Origin: Verrucomicrobiota bacterium
GTDB taxonomy: Bacteria; Verrucomicrobiota; Lentisphaeria; Lentisphaerales; Lentisphaeraceae
DNA length: 64,000 nt
Reading direction: 5' to 3'
NCBI GenBank assembly: GCA_039798785.1
Contig: JBDKFG010000017.1
Location: forward strand, 1-64,000
Shown here: positions 16,770 to 25,076 of the stretch, one piece after another
Layout of the letters: every line of letters starts with the position of its first letter
How positions within the stretch are numbered: position 1 is the stretch's first letter
The notes under the pieces: generated by a model
Told to the model about the DNA's origin: nothing
Databases searched by the model: none
What the model saw: the letters and a program-made list of their open reading frames with translations, nothing else
Translations under genes and position numbers: made by a program

Positions 16770-19145
16770 TCACAGCTCGACAATCGTGACATTGTCCGCC
16801 GAGGGATCGACGGAGCCGCTGGGGTGGTAGAAGCTCTTGACGAATTTCTTCTTGCGGAGGAATTCGTGGATCGCCTGGCGGAGGACGCCGGTGCCGCGGC
16901 CGTGGACGATGCGGACGCTTGGGAAGTTGTTGACGACACAGCCGCTGAGCCAGTGTTCAAGCTCTTCGAGGGCCGGCTCGACCCGCAATCCGATCAGGTT
17001 GATCTCCATGTTCACCTTCGGCTTCTCGAAGCGCGCCGTCGATTGCGCCGGCCTGGCCGCCGCTTCCTGGGCTTGTGCCGAGGCGCGGCCGAATTCCGAG
17101 CATTTCACCGTCACTTTCAGGCCGTCGACATCGACGGTTGCACGCTTGAAATCGGGATCCATGGAGAGCAGCTTGGCGTGCGATTTGAGCTTCTCGACCC
17201 AGATCGCCTGGCCGATCTTGAGGCTGCGGGGATCGACCGGTTCTTCCGGCTTGGGAGTGTTGCGTTCAACCGAGGTGAGGAGGCGGTCGCGTTTCACCAT
17301 CGCCTGCTCGCGCAGCTCCTTGGCCTCCGGGGTGCCGGCGAGGCCCTGCGCCTTGTGCATCAGGCGTTCCATGTCGCGGCGGGCGTTGTCGACGATGCCC
17401 GCCGCCTCGACCTGGGCGCGGTGCAGCATTTCGCGGCGTTCCCGTTTCAGACTTTGCAGCTCGGTCTGGACACGGCGCATTTCGTCGACCGCGATGTCGC
17501 GCGAGCGCTGCGCCTCGTCGGCGTCGCGCTTCATCTGGCGCTGCTGGGCGTCGAGACGCGCCAGCACTTTTTCGAGCCGCAGCTGGTCGTCGGAGAGGAA
17601 GGATTCGGCGCGGGTGAGGACGTCGCTTGGGACGCCGAGGCGTTTGGCGATGGCGAGGGCGTGGGAGGCGCCGGGGATGCCGACTTCGAGGATGTATTCG
17701 GGGCGGAGCGAATTGCGGTCGAAGCGGACCGAGGCGTTGACCATGTCGAAGCGTTCCTGGACGAAGATCTTGATCATCCCGAGGTGGGTGGTCAGGAGGG
17801 TGGTGCTGGGGCCTTCGGCGAGGGTTCCGACCAGGGCGCAGCCGAGGGCGCCGCCTTCGAGCGGGTCGGTGCCCGATCCGAGTTCGTCGAGGAGGACCAA
17901 TGAACGGCTGTCGCGGGCGTGTTTGAGGATGTGGGTGATCTGGCGCAGGTGGCCGGAGAAGGTGGAGAGCGACTGCTCGATCGACTGTTCGTCGCCGATG
18001 TCGGCGAGGACATTGTCGAAGAGGGGCAGTCCCGAGCCTGGGGCGGCGGGGATGGGCAAGCCGCTCTGGTGCATCAGGGCGAGAAGGCCGAGGGTCTTGA
18101 GTGCGAGGGTCTTGCCGCCGGTGTTGGAGCCGGTGATGGCGAGGGTTCGCCATTCGGGTTTCATCACCAGATCGAGCGGGACGAGCAGGTTTTCATCCCC
18201 TTCGCGGCGGAAGCGGGCGGCGAGGTGCGGGTGCCGGGCCTGGCGGAGGCAGATGGCCTTTGCGTCTTCCGCGAAGGAGCATCGCCAGTCGAGAGCCCAG
18301 CGGGCGACGCCGAGGGCGGCGTCGAAGAGGCGGGCCTGTTCGAAGGCGGCGCGGATCGCCGGGGCTTCGGCACGGAGCTTCTCGGTGAGGATCGCCATCA
18401 CCTTGTGGATCTCCTTGGCCTCTTCGACCCGGAGTCGGACGAGACGGTTGCCGGCTTCCACCGTGATCTCCGGCTCGATGAAAATGGTGCGGCCCGTGGC
18501 CGATTCGTCGTGGACGATACCCTTGATCTGGCCGCGCAATTCGCGCCGGACCGGGAGGACGAAGCGGCCGTTGCGCAGCGCCACGATCTTTTCCTGGAAG
18601 AGGTCGGAGTTGTCGTTCTTGAGGATCAGTTCGAGGCGGCTGCGGATGCTGTTTTCGAGGGAGCGGATGTCGGGGCGGATGGCGGCGAGTCCGGGCGAGG
18701 CCTCGTCCTTCATCTGGCCGTCGTCTTCGAAGATGCGGCGGGCCTCGGCGGCGACGGTTTCGGCGGAGGGCATGGCGGCGCCGCGTCCGGCGAGCTCGGG
18801 GAAGTCTTTGGCTTCGAGGCGGACGAGGAAGCGGCGGAGCTCTTCGGCGTGGGCGCAGAAGCGGGCGCAGGCGATATAGGCGACGGTATCGAGCACGGCT
18901 CCGCCGGGCGCGGCGAGCTCGAGGCTGGGCAGTGGCGAGGCGAAGTCGCAGCGCGGCGGATCGACCTCGAGCCCGCCGAGGGCGCAGGCTTCGCGAAACA
19001 GAGGGCGCAGCGCGAAGGCGAATTCCGGACGGTGATCGGGCGAGAGGCCGAGCAGCACTTCCTTGCCGGGCTGAGACGCTGCCTCCTCGGCGATGGCGGC
19101 GAGAAGACGGTCGTATTCGAGGACTTTGAGAGCGTGGACATCCAT
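16770..19145 (-). CDS. mutS2: Endonuclease MutS2 with C-terminal Smr domain
   Basis: GIVHDESATG, ITGSNTGGKT, DIGDEQSIEQSLSTFS, LLDELGSGTDP, IVHGRGTG. Confidence 0.95.
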   Translation of the reverse strand: MDVHALKVLEYDRLLAAIAEEAASQPGKEVLLGLSPDHRPEFAFALRPLFREACALGGLEVDPPRCDFASPLPSLELAAPGGAVLDTVAYIACARFCAHAEELRRFLVRLEAKDFPELAGRGAAMPSAETVAAEARRIFEDDGQMKDEASPGLAAIRPDIRSLENSIRSRLELILKNDNSDLFQEKIVALRNGRFVLPVRRELRGQIKGIVHDESATGRTIFIEPEITVEAGNRLVRLRVEEAKEIHKVMAILTEKLRAEAPAIRAAFEQARLFDAALGVARWALDWRCSFAEDAKAICLRQARHPHLAARFRREGDENLLVPLDLVMKPEWRTLAITGSNTGGKTLALKTLGLLALMHQSGLPIPAAPGSGLPLFDNVLADIGDEQSIEQSLSTFSGHLRQITHILKHARDSRSLVLLDELGSGTDPLEGGALGCALVGTLAEGPSTTLLTTHLGMIKIFVQERFDMVNASVRFDRNSLRPEYILEVGIPGASHALAIAKRLGVPSDVLTRAESFLSDDQLRLEKVLARLDAQQRQMKRDADEAQRSRDIAVDEMRRVQTELQSLKRERREMLHRAQVEAAGIVDNARRDMERLMHKAQGLAGTPEAKELREQAMVKRDRLLTSVERNTPKPEEPVDPRSLKIGQAIWVEKLKSHAKLLSMDPDFKRATVDVDGLKVTVKCSEFGRASAQAQEAAARPAQSTARFEKPKVNMEINLIGLRVEPALEELEHWLSGCVVNNFPSVRIVHGRGTGVLRQAIHEFLRKKKFVKSFYHPSGSVDPSADNVTIVEL

Positions 19146-19419
19146 GGGAGAGGGTCTTTCGGGGCTGGGTGGCTGAGAGATTACAGGTCCCGCGCCGCCA
19201 GACAAGAGGAGAGCAGGCCGCCGCCGTCAAGTTTTGTCGAGTCAGGGAGGAGCGAGTTGGGGAGTCCAAGATCTCCCTGACTCCCCTGTTCCCTGACACC
19301 CTGAGCTGTAAGCTGTGGTCCTGAAATTCGACTGAGACAGGTCAGATTTTCCGTCTCCGGTCCTTGGCAGCCGGACGCTTTGACTCTATTGTCGCCGCCG
19401 ATCAACCAGGAGCTTTTCC

Positions 19420-19818
19420 ATGAAGGGTTATTGCAGCGAAGTCAAACAGTTCAGCGACGCCTGTCACGAGGGGCGGAATCCCGCTCGTCCGGTGCTGATG
19501 ACGCCGGAAGCGATCAGCTTCATCACCCGCATGGTCAACGACGAACTCGAGGAGCTGGCCGAGGCCAAAGACGTCACCGAACAGGCCGACGCCCTGGTCG
19601 ACGCCATCTACTACATCTGCGACACAGCAGTGCGCCATGGCATGAACATCGACCAGCTCTTCTCCATCGTCCACCGCGCCAACATGCAGAAGGTCGTCGA
19701 CGGCCGGGTCCTCCGCCGCGAAGACGGCAAGATCATGAAGCCCGCCGGCTGGCAGGATCCCGGACCCTTCCTCGAAGCCGAGATGGCACGCCAGCAGGAA
19801 CAAGGCTCGTGGAGCTGA
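19420..19818 (+). CDS. MazG-like / PRA-PH family nucleoside triphosphate pyrophosphohydrolase (DR2231-like)
   Basis: ELEEL, DALVD.IY, VHRANMQK, RREDGKIMKP.GW. Confidence 0.8.
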   Translation: MKGYCSEVKQFSDACHEGRNPARPVLMTPEAISFITRMVNDELEELAEAKDVTEQADALVDAIYYICDTAVRHGMNIDQLFSIVHRANMQKVVDGRVLRREDGKIMKPAGWQDPGPFLEAEMARQQEQGSWS

Positions 19819-19866
19819 TTCCCGCTTGACTTCGGCGCTTGCCGAGGCATCCTTTCTCCGTTTTCC

Positions 19867-19941
19867 GTCCTCATAGCACAGTGGATAGTGCAGAAGTTTC
19901 CTAAACTTTTGACGCAGGTTCGATTCCTGCTGGGGGCACCA
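19867..19941 (+). tRNA. tRNA-Arg(CCT)
   Basis: Acceptor GTCCTCA/TGGGGGC, anticodon loop TT-CCT-AA, T-arm GCAGGTTCGATTCCTGC, encoded CCA. Confidence 0.95.
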
Positions 19942-19964
19942 ATTTTTCCAGCGAGCCTTGTCGA

Positions 19965-20585
19965 ATGCCGCAATCCCGATTCATCGTCCTTGAAGGTCTT
20001 GAAGGAGCCGGCAAGAGCGGCGCCGCAGCAGCACTGCGTCAGGCTCTCGAGAGCCGCGGCGAGCGGGTCCGACTCTGCCGCGAACCGGGGGGGACGCCGC
20101 TCGCCGAAGAACTCCGCCGCCTGGTCAAGGACATCGCCTTGAACGAGAGGGTCCTGCCAGAGACCGAGCTTCTGATGATGTTCGCCGCCCGCTGCCAGCT
20201 GGTCGGCAATGTCATCCGCCCTGCCCTCGAAGCCGGCGATTGGGTCATCTGCGACCGCTTCTTCTATTCGACCTACGCCTACCAGGGCGGCGGCCGCGGC
20301 CTGCCCGACTCCGACATCGACGCCATCCGCAAGGCGTCGCTCGGCGACTTCGCCCCGAGTCTCGTCCTGCTTCTCGATCTCGATCCTGAAATCGGCCTCG
20401 AAAGAGCCCGCGGACGCGGCGCCCTCGACCGCTTCGAGCGGGAGAAGATCGACTTCTTCACCCGCGTCCGCCGCAAATATCTCGAGCTCGCCGCGCTTGA
20501 TTCCTCCTTCCGCGTCATCGACGCCAGCCGCAGCCGCGCCGAGGTCGAAGACGCGGTGCTCGCCGCTCTTCCGGTGCGTTCATGA
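19965..20585 (+). CDS. tmk: Thymidylate kinase
   Basis: FIVLEGLEGAGKS, REPGGT, CDRF..STYAYQG. Confidence 0.96.
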   Translation: MPQSRFIVLEGLEGAGKSGAAAALRQALESRGERVRLCREPGGTPLAEELRRLVKDIALNERVLPETELLMMFAARCQLVGNVIRPALEAGDWVICDRFFYSTYAYQGGGRGLPDSDIDAIRKASLGDFAPSLVLLLDLDPEIGLERARGRGALDRFEREKIDFFTRVRRKYLELAALDSSFRVIDASRSRAEVEDAVLAALPVRS

Positions 20586-21226
20586 TCCACTGGGTCTACG
20601 ACGCCGAACTGGCCCGCCGACTTGATCCCGACGCGGCCATTCTGAAATCCCTAGCCGCCGCGCCCGATCGGCCTGTCGCCTATCTGCAGTTCCGCACGAA
20701 AAAGCTGTCCTTCGACGAATCCCTGGCCTGGATCCGCCCCTTGTCCAAACTTGTCCGCGACCTCAACCCCGGCATCGTGCAAATCGCCAACGACCAGGCC
20801 GCCCTCGCGGCGGAATTGCGGCTCGACGGCGTTCACCTCGGCCAGGACGACGGCCCCGTCGCCGCCGCCCGGGCCTTGCTTGGCGAGCGCGCCTGGATCG
20901 GCCGAACCATCCGTTCCGACGCCGAATTCCAGGCCGCGTACCCGGATCTCGGCCGCGCCGGGCCCGGGCGCCTCGACTATTTCGGCATCGGGACGATTTA
21001 CGGCACCACGACCAAGACCGGCCTGGCGCCGAAGGGGCCGGACTTCCTCCGTCCCTACACCGCGCTTTGCGCTGAGCGCATCTACCCGATCGGCGGCATC
21101 GACGCCAGCAAGGGGGCGGAGCTCCGCGCTGCCGGAGCCCGCCACGCCGCCGTCGCTTCATCGCTGTTCACCGCCCAAGACCCCTTGGAAGAAGCTCGCA
21201 GTCTCCTGCGGGCTCTCCACGACTGA
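20582..21226 (+). CDS. thiE: Thiamine-phosphate synthase
   Basis: QFRTK, ND, DGVHLGQDD, TTTK, PIGGI. Confidence 0.82.
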   Translation: MIHWVYDAELARRLDPDAAILKSLAAAPDRPVAYLQFRTKKLSFDESLAWIRPLSKLVRDLNPGIVQIANDQAALAAELRLDGVHLGQDDGPVAAARALLGERAWIGRTIRSDAEFQAAYPDLGRAGPGRLDYFGIGTIYGTTTKTGLAPKGPDFLRPYTALCAERIYPIGGIDASKGAELRAAGARHAAVASSLFTAQDPLEEARSLLRALHD

Positions 21227-21227
21227 C

Positions 21228-21394
21228 CCTAAAAACCGCAGTTGAAAGGTTCAAAGGTTGAAAGGATCAGTTACAACAGCAAGAGGTTATGGTGTTTGAG
21301 GTCGCTCGGTAAATCCCACGACTGGCGGTCATGCGTTTGCCTTTCAACCTCCAACCTTTCAACCCGGTTCCATTCCGCTACTACGGAATTTAGG
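21228..21394 (+). mobile_element. MITE family A, complete 167-bp copy
   Basis: Imperfect 14-bp TIRs CCTAAAAACCGCAG / CTACGGAATTTAGG; CTGAC direct repeat on both sides (21223-21227, 21395-21399); second copy at 101-223. Confidence 0.78.
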
Positions 21395-21406
21395 CTGACT
21401 TGGATT

Positions 21407-22696
21407 TCAGCCGTGTTTCCCGAGGCTGCCGAAAACTTCGAAGTAATCCGGGAAGGTTTTCCGGGTGCATGCGGGATCGAGTATGGTGATTCCTGAGCTG
21501 CCCAGGGAGAGTAGGGAGAAGGCCATCGCCATGCGGTGATCGTCGTAGGTGAAGATCTCGGCGTCCTGGATGCTCGCCGGCGGATCGATGACCAGGTAAT
21601 CGGGTCCTTCTTCGACCCTTGCTCCCACTTTGCTGAGCTCGGTCGCCACAGCGGTGATGCGTTTGGTCTCTTTCACCTGCCAGTTGCCGATGTTGCGGAT
21701 CACGGTGCGGCCGCGGGCGAAGCAGGCGACCACGGCGAGAGTCATGCCGGTGTCCGTCATGGTGTCCATGTCGACGTCGACGCCCTTCAGGCCATGCGTG
21801 CCAGAAGCGACTTCGATCCAGTCCGGGCCGTATTCGACTGAAGCGCCCATCTGCCCCATCACCCGGGCGAATCCGGCTTCGCCCTGGACCGAATCGCTGC
21901 CGCAGCCGCGAACCCGGACCTTGCCGGAAATCGCCGCGGCTCCGAGGAAATACGAGGCGCTGGAAGCGTCTCCTTCGATCGCGAAACGAGCCGGATTGAC
22001 ATAGCTCTGTCCGGCGGGGATTACGAAGCGGCGCCAATCCGGTGCGACTTCGACCTGGACGCCGAAGCGGCGCATCAGGTCGACGGTCATTTCGACGTAG
22101 GGACGCGACACCAGTTCTCCGGTGACTTCGATCACCGCGGTGTCGCGGCACAGCGGCGAGGAGAGGAGCAGAGCGGTGATGTATTGCGACGACAGGGAGC
22201 CGTCGACTTCGGTGCGTCCGCCCGGCAGGCCTCGGGCTTCGATCAGCAGCGGCGGGCAATCGGAGCTGATCTCATAGCCGATCTGGACGCCCCAGAGCCT
22301 GAGGGCGTTGACCAGGGCCTTGATCGGACGCTCCCGCATCCGGGCGTTGCCGTCGATCCGGTAGCGACCCTGGCTGGCGCACAGGGCGGCGGTGACCGAG
22401 CGCACCGCCGTTCCGGCGTTGCCGAGATAGAGGTCGAAATCGCCGGAGGGGAGGGGGCCGGCGCAGCCTTCGAGTGTGACGGTGCGGGCGGCGAGATCGC
22501 GGCGGAGAGGCACACCGAGCTTCTGAAGAGCCTCCGCCATCCGGTCGACATCGTCGGATTCGAGGCAGTTGCTGAGGGTGATCGGGCCGCGGCCGAGAGC
22601 GGCGACCAGGAGGGCCCGGTTGGAGAGGGATTTCGAACCCGGCAGCAGTAGCTCTCCGGCGACGGAGCTGAGACGGGGCAGAAGCAGTTTTTCCAT
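21407..22696 (-). CDS. aroA: 3-phosphoshikimate 1-carboxyvinyltransferase
   Basis: LPGSKSLSNR, GNAGTA, SSQY, EGDASSA, KETKR, YDDHRMAM, KTFP. Confidence 0.96.
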   Translation of the reverse strand: MEKLLLPRLSSVAGELLLPGSKSLSNRALLVAALGRGPITLSNCLESDDVDRMAEALQKLGVPLRRDLAARTVTLEGCAGPLPSGDFDLYLGNAGTAVRSVTAALCASQGRYRIDGNARMRERPIKALVNALRLWGVQIGYEISSDCPPLLIEARGLPGGRTEVDGSLSSQYITALLLSSPLCRDTAVIEVTGELVSRPYVEMTVDLMRRFGVQVEVAPDWRRFVIPAGQSYVNPARFAIEGDASSASYFLGAAAISGKVRVRGCGSDSVQGEAGFARVMGQMGASVEYGPDWIEVASGTHGLKGVDVDMDTMTDTGMTLAVVACFARGRTVIRNIGNWQVKETKRITAVATELSKVGARVEEGPDYLVIDPPASIQDAEIFTYDDHRMAMAFSLLSLGSSGITILDPACTRKTFPDYFEVFGSLGKHG

Positions 22697-22807
22697 GGCG
22701 GCTTTCCTTGCGGTTTTGTCGTCCCCGAATCTAAGCTCCCTCGGCTCCTTTGCTCGCCTGGGACGCGTCGGCGCAGCGGCATAAATCAATCAATCGAGGG
22801 CTGCGTT

Positions 22808-23446
22808 TCAGCTTAGCAGCAGCTTCATGGCGATGCCGCCGAAGGCGAGGGCCGCGGCGGCGTCGAGGACGCGGCGGGCGACGGGACGGGTGAGGGCCGG
22901 GCGCATCCGCTGGCTGATCTGGGCGACGGCGAAAAACCACAGGACGCTACTGCTCACCATCCACAAAGCGCAGGTGGCTTTTAATCCGTTGCCGGCCTGG
23001 CTCGGCAGGCAGCTGGAGTAGACGCAGAAGAAAAACAGGGTGACCTTGGGATTGAGGAGATTGGTCAGCAATCCGCGACGGAAACTGCCATCGGATTCAG
23101 CCGTCGCCGGGGCTTCGTCGCTAGGCGTCTCTGCGGCTGGTTTGAGGGCGGCTCGCAGGCTTTGAAAGGCGATCCAAAGGAGATAGGCGACGCCGATCCC
23201 TTGCAGGCCGCCCTGCAGCTCGGGATGGCTTTGCAGCAGCAGGCCGTAGCCGCAGAGGGCGAGCAAGAGATGCAGGCTGAGCCCGGCGCCGATGCCCAAG
23301 GCAGCGAGACGTCCCGCCCGAAGTCCTCTCCCCAAGGACTCGCGCAGCACCAGGAAAAAATCCGGGCCGGGACTGATCAGGGCGACGCCATGCAGCAAGG
23401 CGATGCTGAGGAAGATGGCGAGGGATTCGGCAGGAGGGAGGGACAT
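22808..23446 (-). CDS. LysE/RhtB family translocator
   Basis: SPGPDF, YLLW, FRRGLLTNLLNPK. Confidence 0.9.
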   Translation of the reverse strand: MSLPPAESLAIFLSIALLHGVALISPGPDFFLVLRESLGRGLRAGRLAALGIGAGLSLHLLLALCGYGLLLQSHPELQGGLQGIGVAYLLWIAFQSLRAALKPAAETPSDEAPATAESDGSFRRGLLTNLLNPKVTLFFFCVYSSCLPSQAGNGLKATCALWMVSSSVLWFFAVAQISQRMRPALTRPVARRVLDAAAALAFGGIAMKLLLS

Positions 23447-23457
23447 CAAAAATTGCT

Positions 23458-24309
23458 TCAGGATTTGCGCTTGCCGCGAGGAGCTTTGTCTTCTTTGGGC
23501 AAGGTCGGGCCGACGATCGCTTCGGCGTCGTCAAACAGCACTTGGCGGCGGTTTTGCACCGAGCCGAAAGGCGGCATCTCGAGGGTGCGGATTTCGGCGC
23601 GGGTGAATTCCAGTTCGGGTTGAGTCCGGGCGGCATGTTTTGGCGGCAAGGATTCGATCTCGGCGGCGCTGAAGCGGCAAGTCTTCTCGACCCGGCGGAT
23701 GTAGGTGCCGCGTTTGAAGAAGGCGGGATATTCCTCCCATACGACGCCTTCGCCACGCAGCATCTCCTTCATCTCGAGCCAGGATTTGCCGTTGAGGGCG
23801 GCGTGAGAGAAATAATGGCGAGCCGCCATCGACACCGAGTTTTTGGTGGCATCGGTTTCGCGCCAGAAAAAGACGTTCGCCGCCTCGGCGAGACTGGGCA
23901 CCTGCCAGGCGCGGCAGTCGAAGAGCGCCAGCGAACCGGATTTCTCCGGCAGACGCAGATCTTTTTCGCGATTGAAATAACTGCTCGCCATGGCCGCCAG
24001 GACCGAGACCATTTTCTGGATCCGGCCATCGAAGAAGACCGCGGCATCGCGATCCTGCCAGTCCCAGGCAAGGCTGATCTCGTCGGACTGGGTGTAGCCG
24101 ACGGACGCACCGCTCTCCTTGACTAGATACAGGGTGGTGTCGATCATCAACTGCGACATGCGTTGATCGTAGGGGCGCCGCAGGCCGCGGGTGAATTTGC
24201 TGAAGCCGCGACCATCGAGGCGGGCGCAGACCGGCAGCAAAGGGATGAAGCGGCGCCCCGCTTCACGGCCTTCGTAGTCTTTCATCCGGTCGCCGAATTC
24301 GTCTTTCAT
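23458..24309 (-). CDS. Thg1-like protein (tRNA-His guanylyltransferase / 3'-5' polymerase)
   Basis: DRMKDYE, RLDGRGFSKFT, YTQSDEIS, FDGRIQK, FDCR, WRETDATKNS, FKRG. Confidence 0.92.
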   Translation of the reverse strand: MKDEFGDRMKDYEGREAGRRFIPLLPVCARLDGRGFSKFTRGLRRPYDQRMSQLMIDTTLYLVKESGASVGYTQSDEISLAWDWQDRDAAVFFDGRIQKMVSVLAAMASSYFNREKDLRLPEKSGSLALFDCRAWQVPSLAEAANVFFWRETDATKNSVSMAARHYFSHAALNGKSWLEMKEMLRGEGVVWEEYPAFFKRGTYIRRVEKTCRFSAAEIESLPPKHAARTQPELEFTRAEIRTLEMPPFGSVQNRRQVLFDDAEAIVGPTLPKEDKAPRGKRKS

Positions 24310-24755
24310 AATTTCTCCCAGCGTTTGATGAGGAAGTCGCCGTCACAGAGGGTGACCTCGAAGATCTGCTCGAAGCCTTCGTCGAAGCTCGGGGCCTGGA
24401 GTCTTTTTAAAGCGGCGCGGATGCCGATTTCCGGCACTTGCCGCGAACGTTGTGCATTGCGTTCCAAACAGGCCTTAAAATCCGGCGGAAAAAAGTAAGA
24501 GCTACAGCGAAAGGGGAATGGGGAAGCTGCGAGCATCGCAAAATACGCGGCCCGTTCGTCTCGGGTCACATTGGTGTTGTCGATCACCAGCGACTGTTTG
24601 GCTGCGAGACAGGCCTGGATCAGGAGTTTTTCGCGGTGCCGCGTGCGCAGCATGTCGAGGTTGATCCGCAGATGGGTGTCGGCGAACTTCTTTTGATAGA
24701 AGCTCGACTTGCCACTACCTTGCAGGCCGGTGAAGAGGATGAGTTCGGGGAGCAT
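24306..24755 (-). CDS. AAA_33 P-loop kinase (polynucleotide kinase-like)
   Basis: GLQGSGKS, IDNTN, CLERNAQR, PSFDEGF; stop overlaps the Thg1 start; start moved to 24755. Confidence 0.85.
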   Translation of the reverse strand: MLPELILFTGLQGSGKSSFYQKKFADTHLRINLDMLRTRHREKLLIQACLAAKQSLVIDNTNVTRDERAAYFAMLAASPFPFRCSSYFFPPDFKACLERNAQRSRQVPEIGIRAALKRLQAPSFDEGFEQIFEVTLCDGDFLIKRWEKL

Positions 24756-24838
24756 AGGGGAGGCCGAGGTTGATTGAGTGAGACTATAAACCCTGAGTGA
24801 AATTCGGAAGAAGTTTGAGAGATGTTGTGCTTCGCATT

Positions 24839-24952
24839 CCTGGGAGCGCGCCAGTCCTCTGGCGCTGTTTTGTTCGTCGTTCATTGTTGAAAGTGACACA
24901 GCTTTCGCCTTGGGCGAAAGCAAGGGCGCCAGGGGGCTGGCGCGCTCCCAGG
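24839..24952. repeat. Dispersed REPIN of the RAYT family
   Basis: REP 24839-24865 forward, hairpin GCTTTCGCCTTGGGCGAAAGC, REP 24926-24952 reverse. Confidence 0.9.
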
Positions 24953-25076
24953 CAAGAAGGAACGCACCGCAAGGATTGCGGCGGCCCCAGGGGAAAGAAA
25001 ACGCCATTGCTCGATAGCTGTCGAGGGATGGCGTTTCTGGGGTTTTTTCGTGTATTTCGTGTCTTTCGTGGTCGAA

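Noticed and set aside
19867..19941. tRNA-Arg as an integration site (att)
   Set aside because: No duplicated 3' end or integrase seen; flanked by housekeeping genes
24756..25007. N-terminal extension of the AAA_33 ORF
   Set aside because: It is translated REPIN sequence upstream of the real domain
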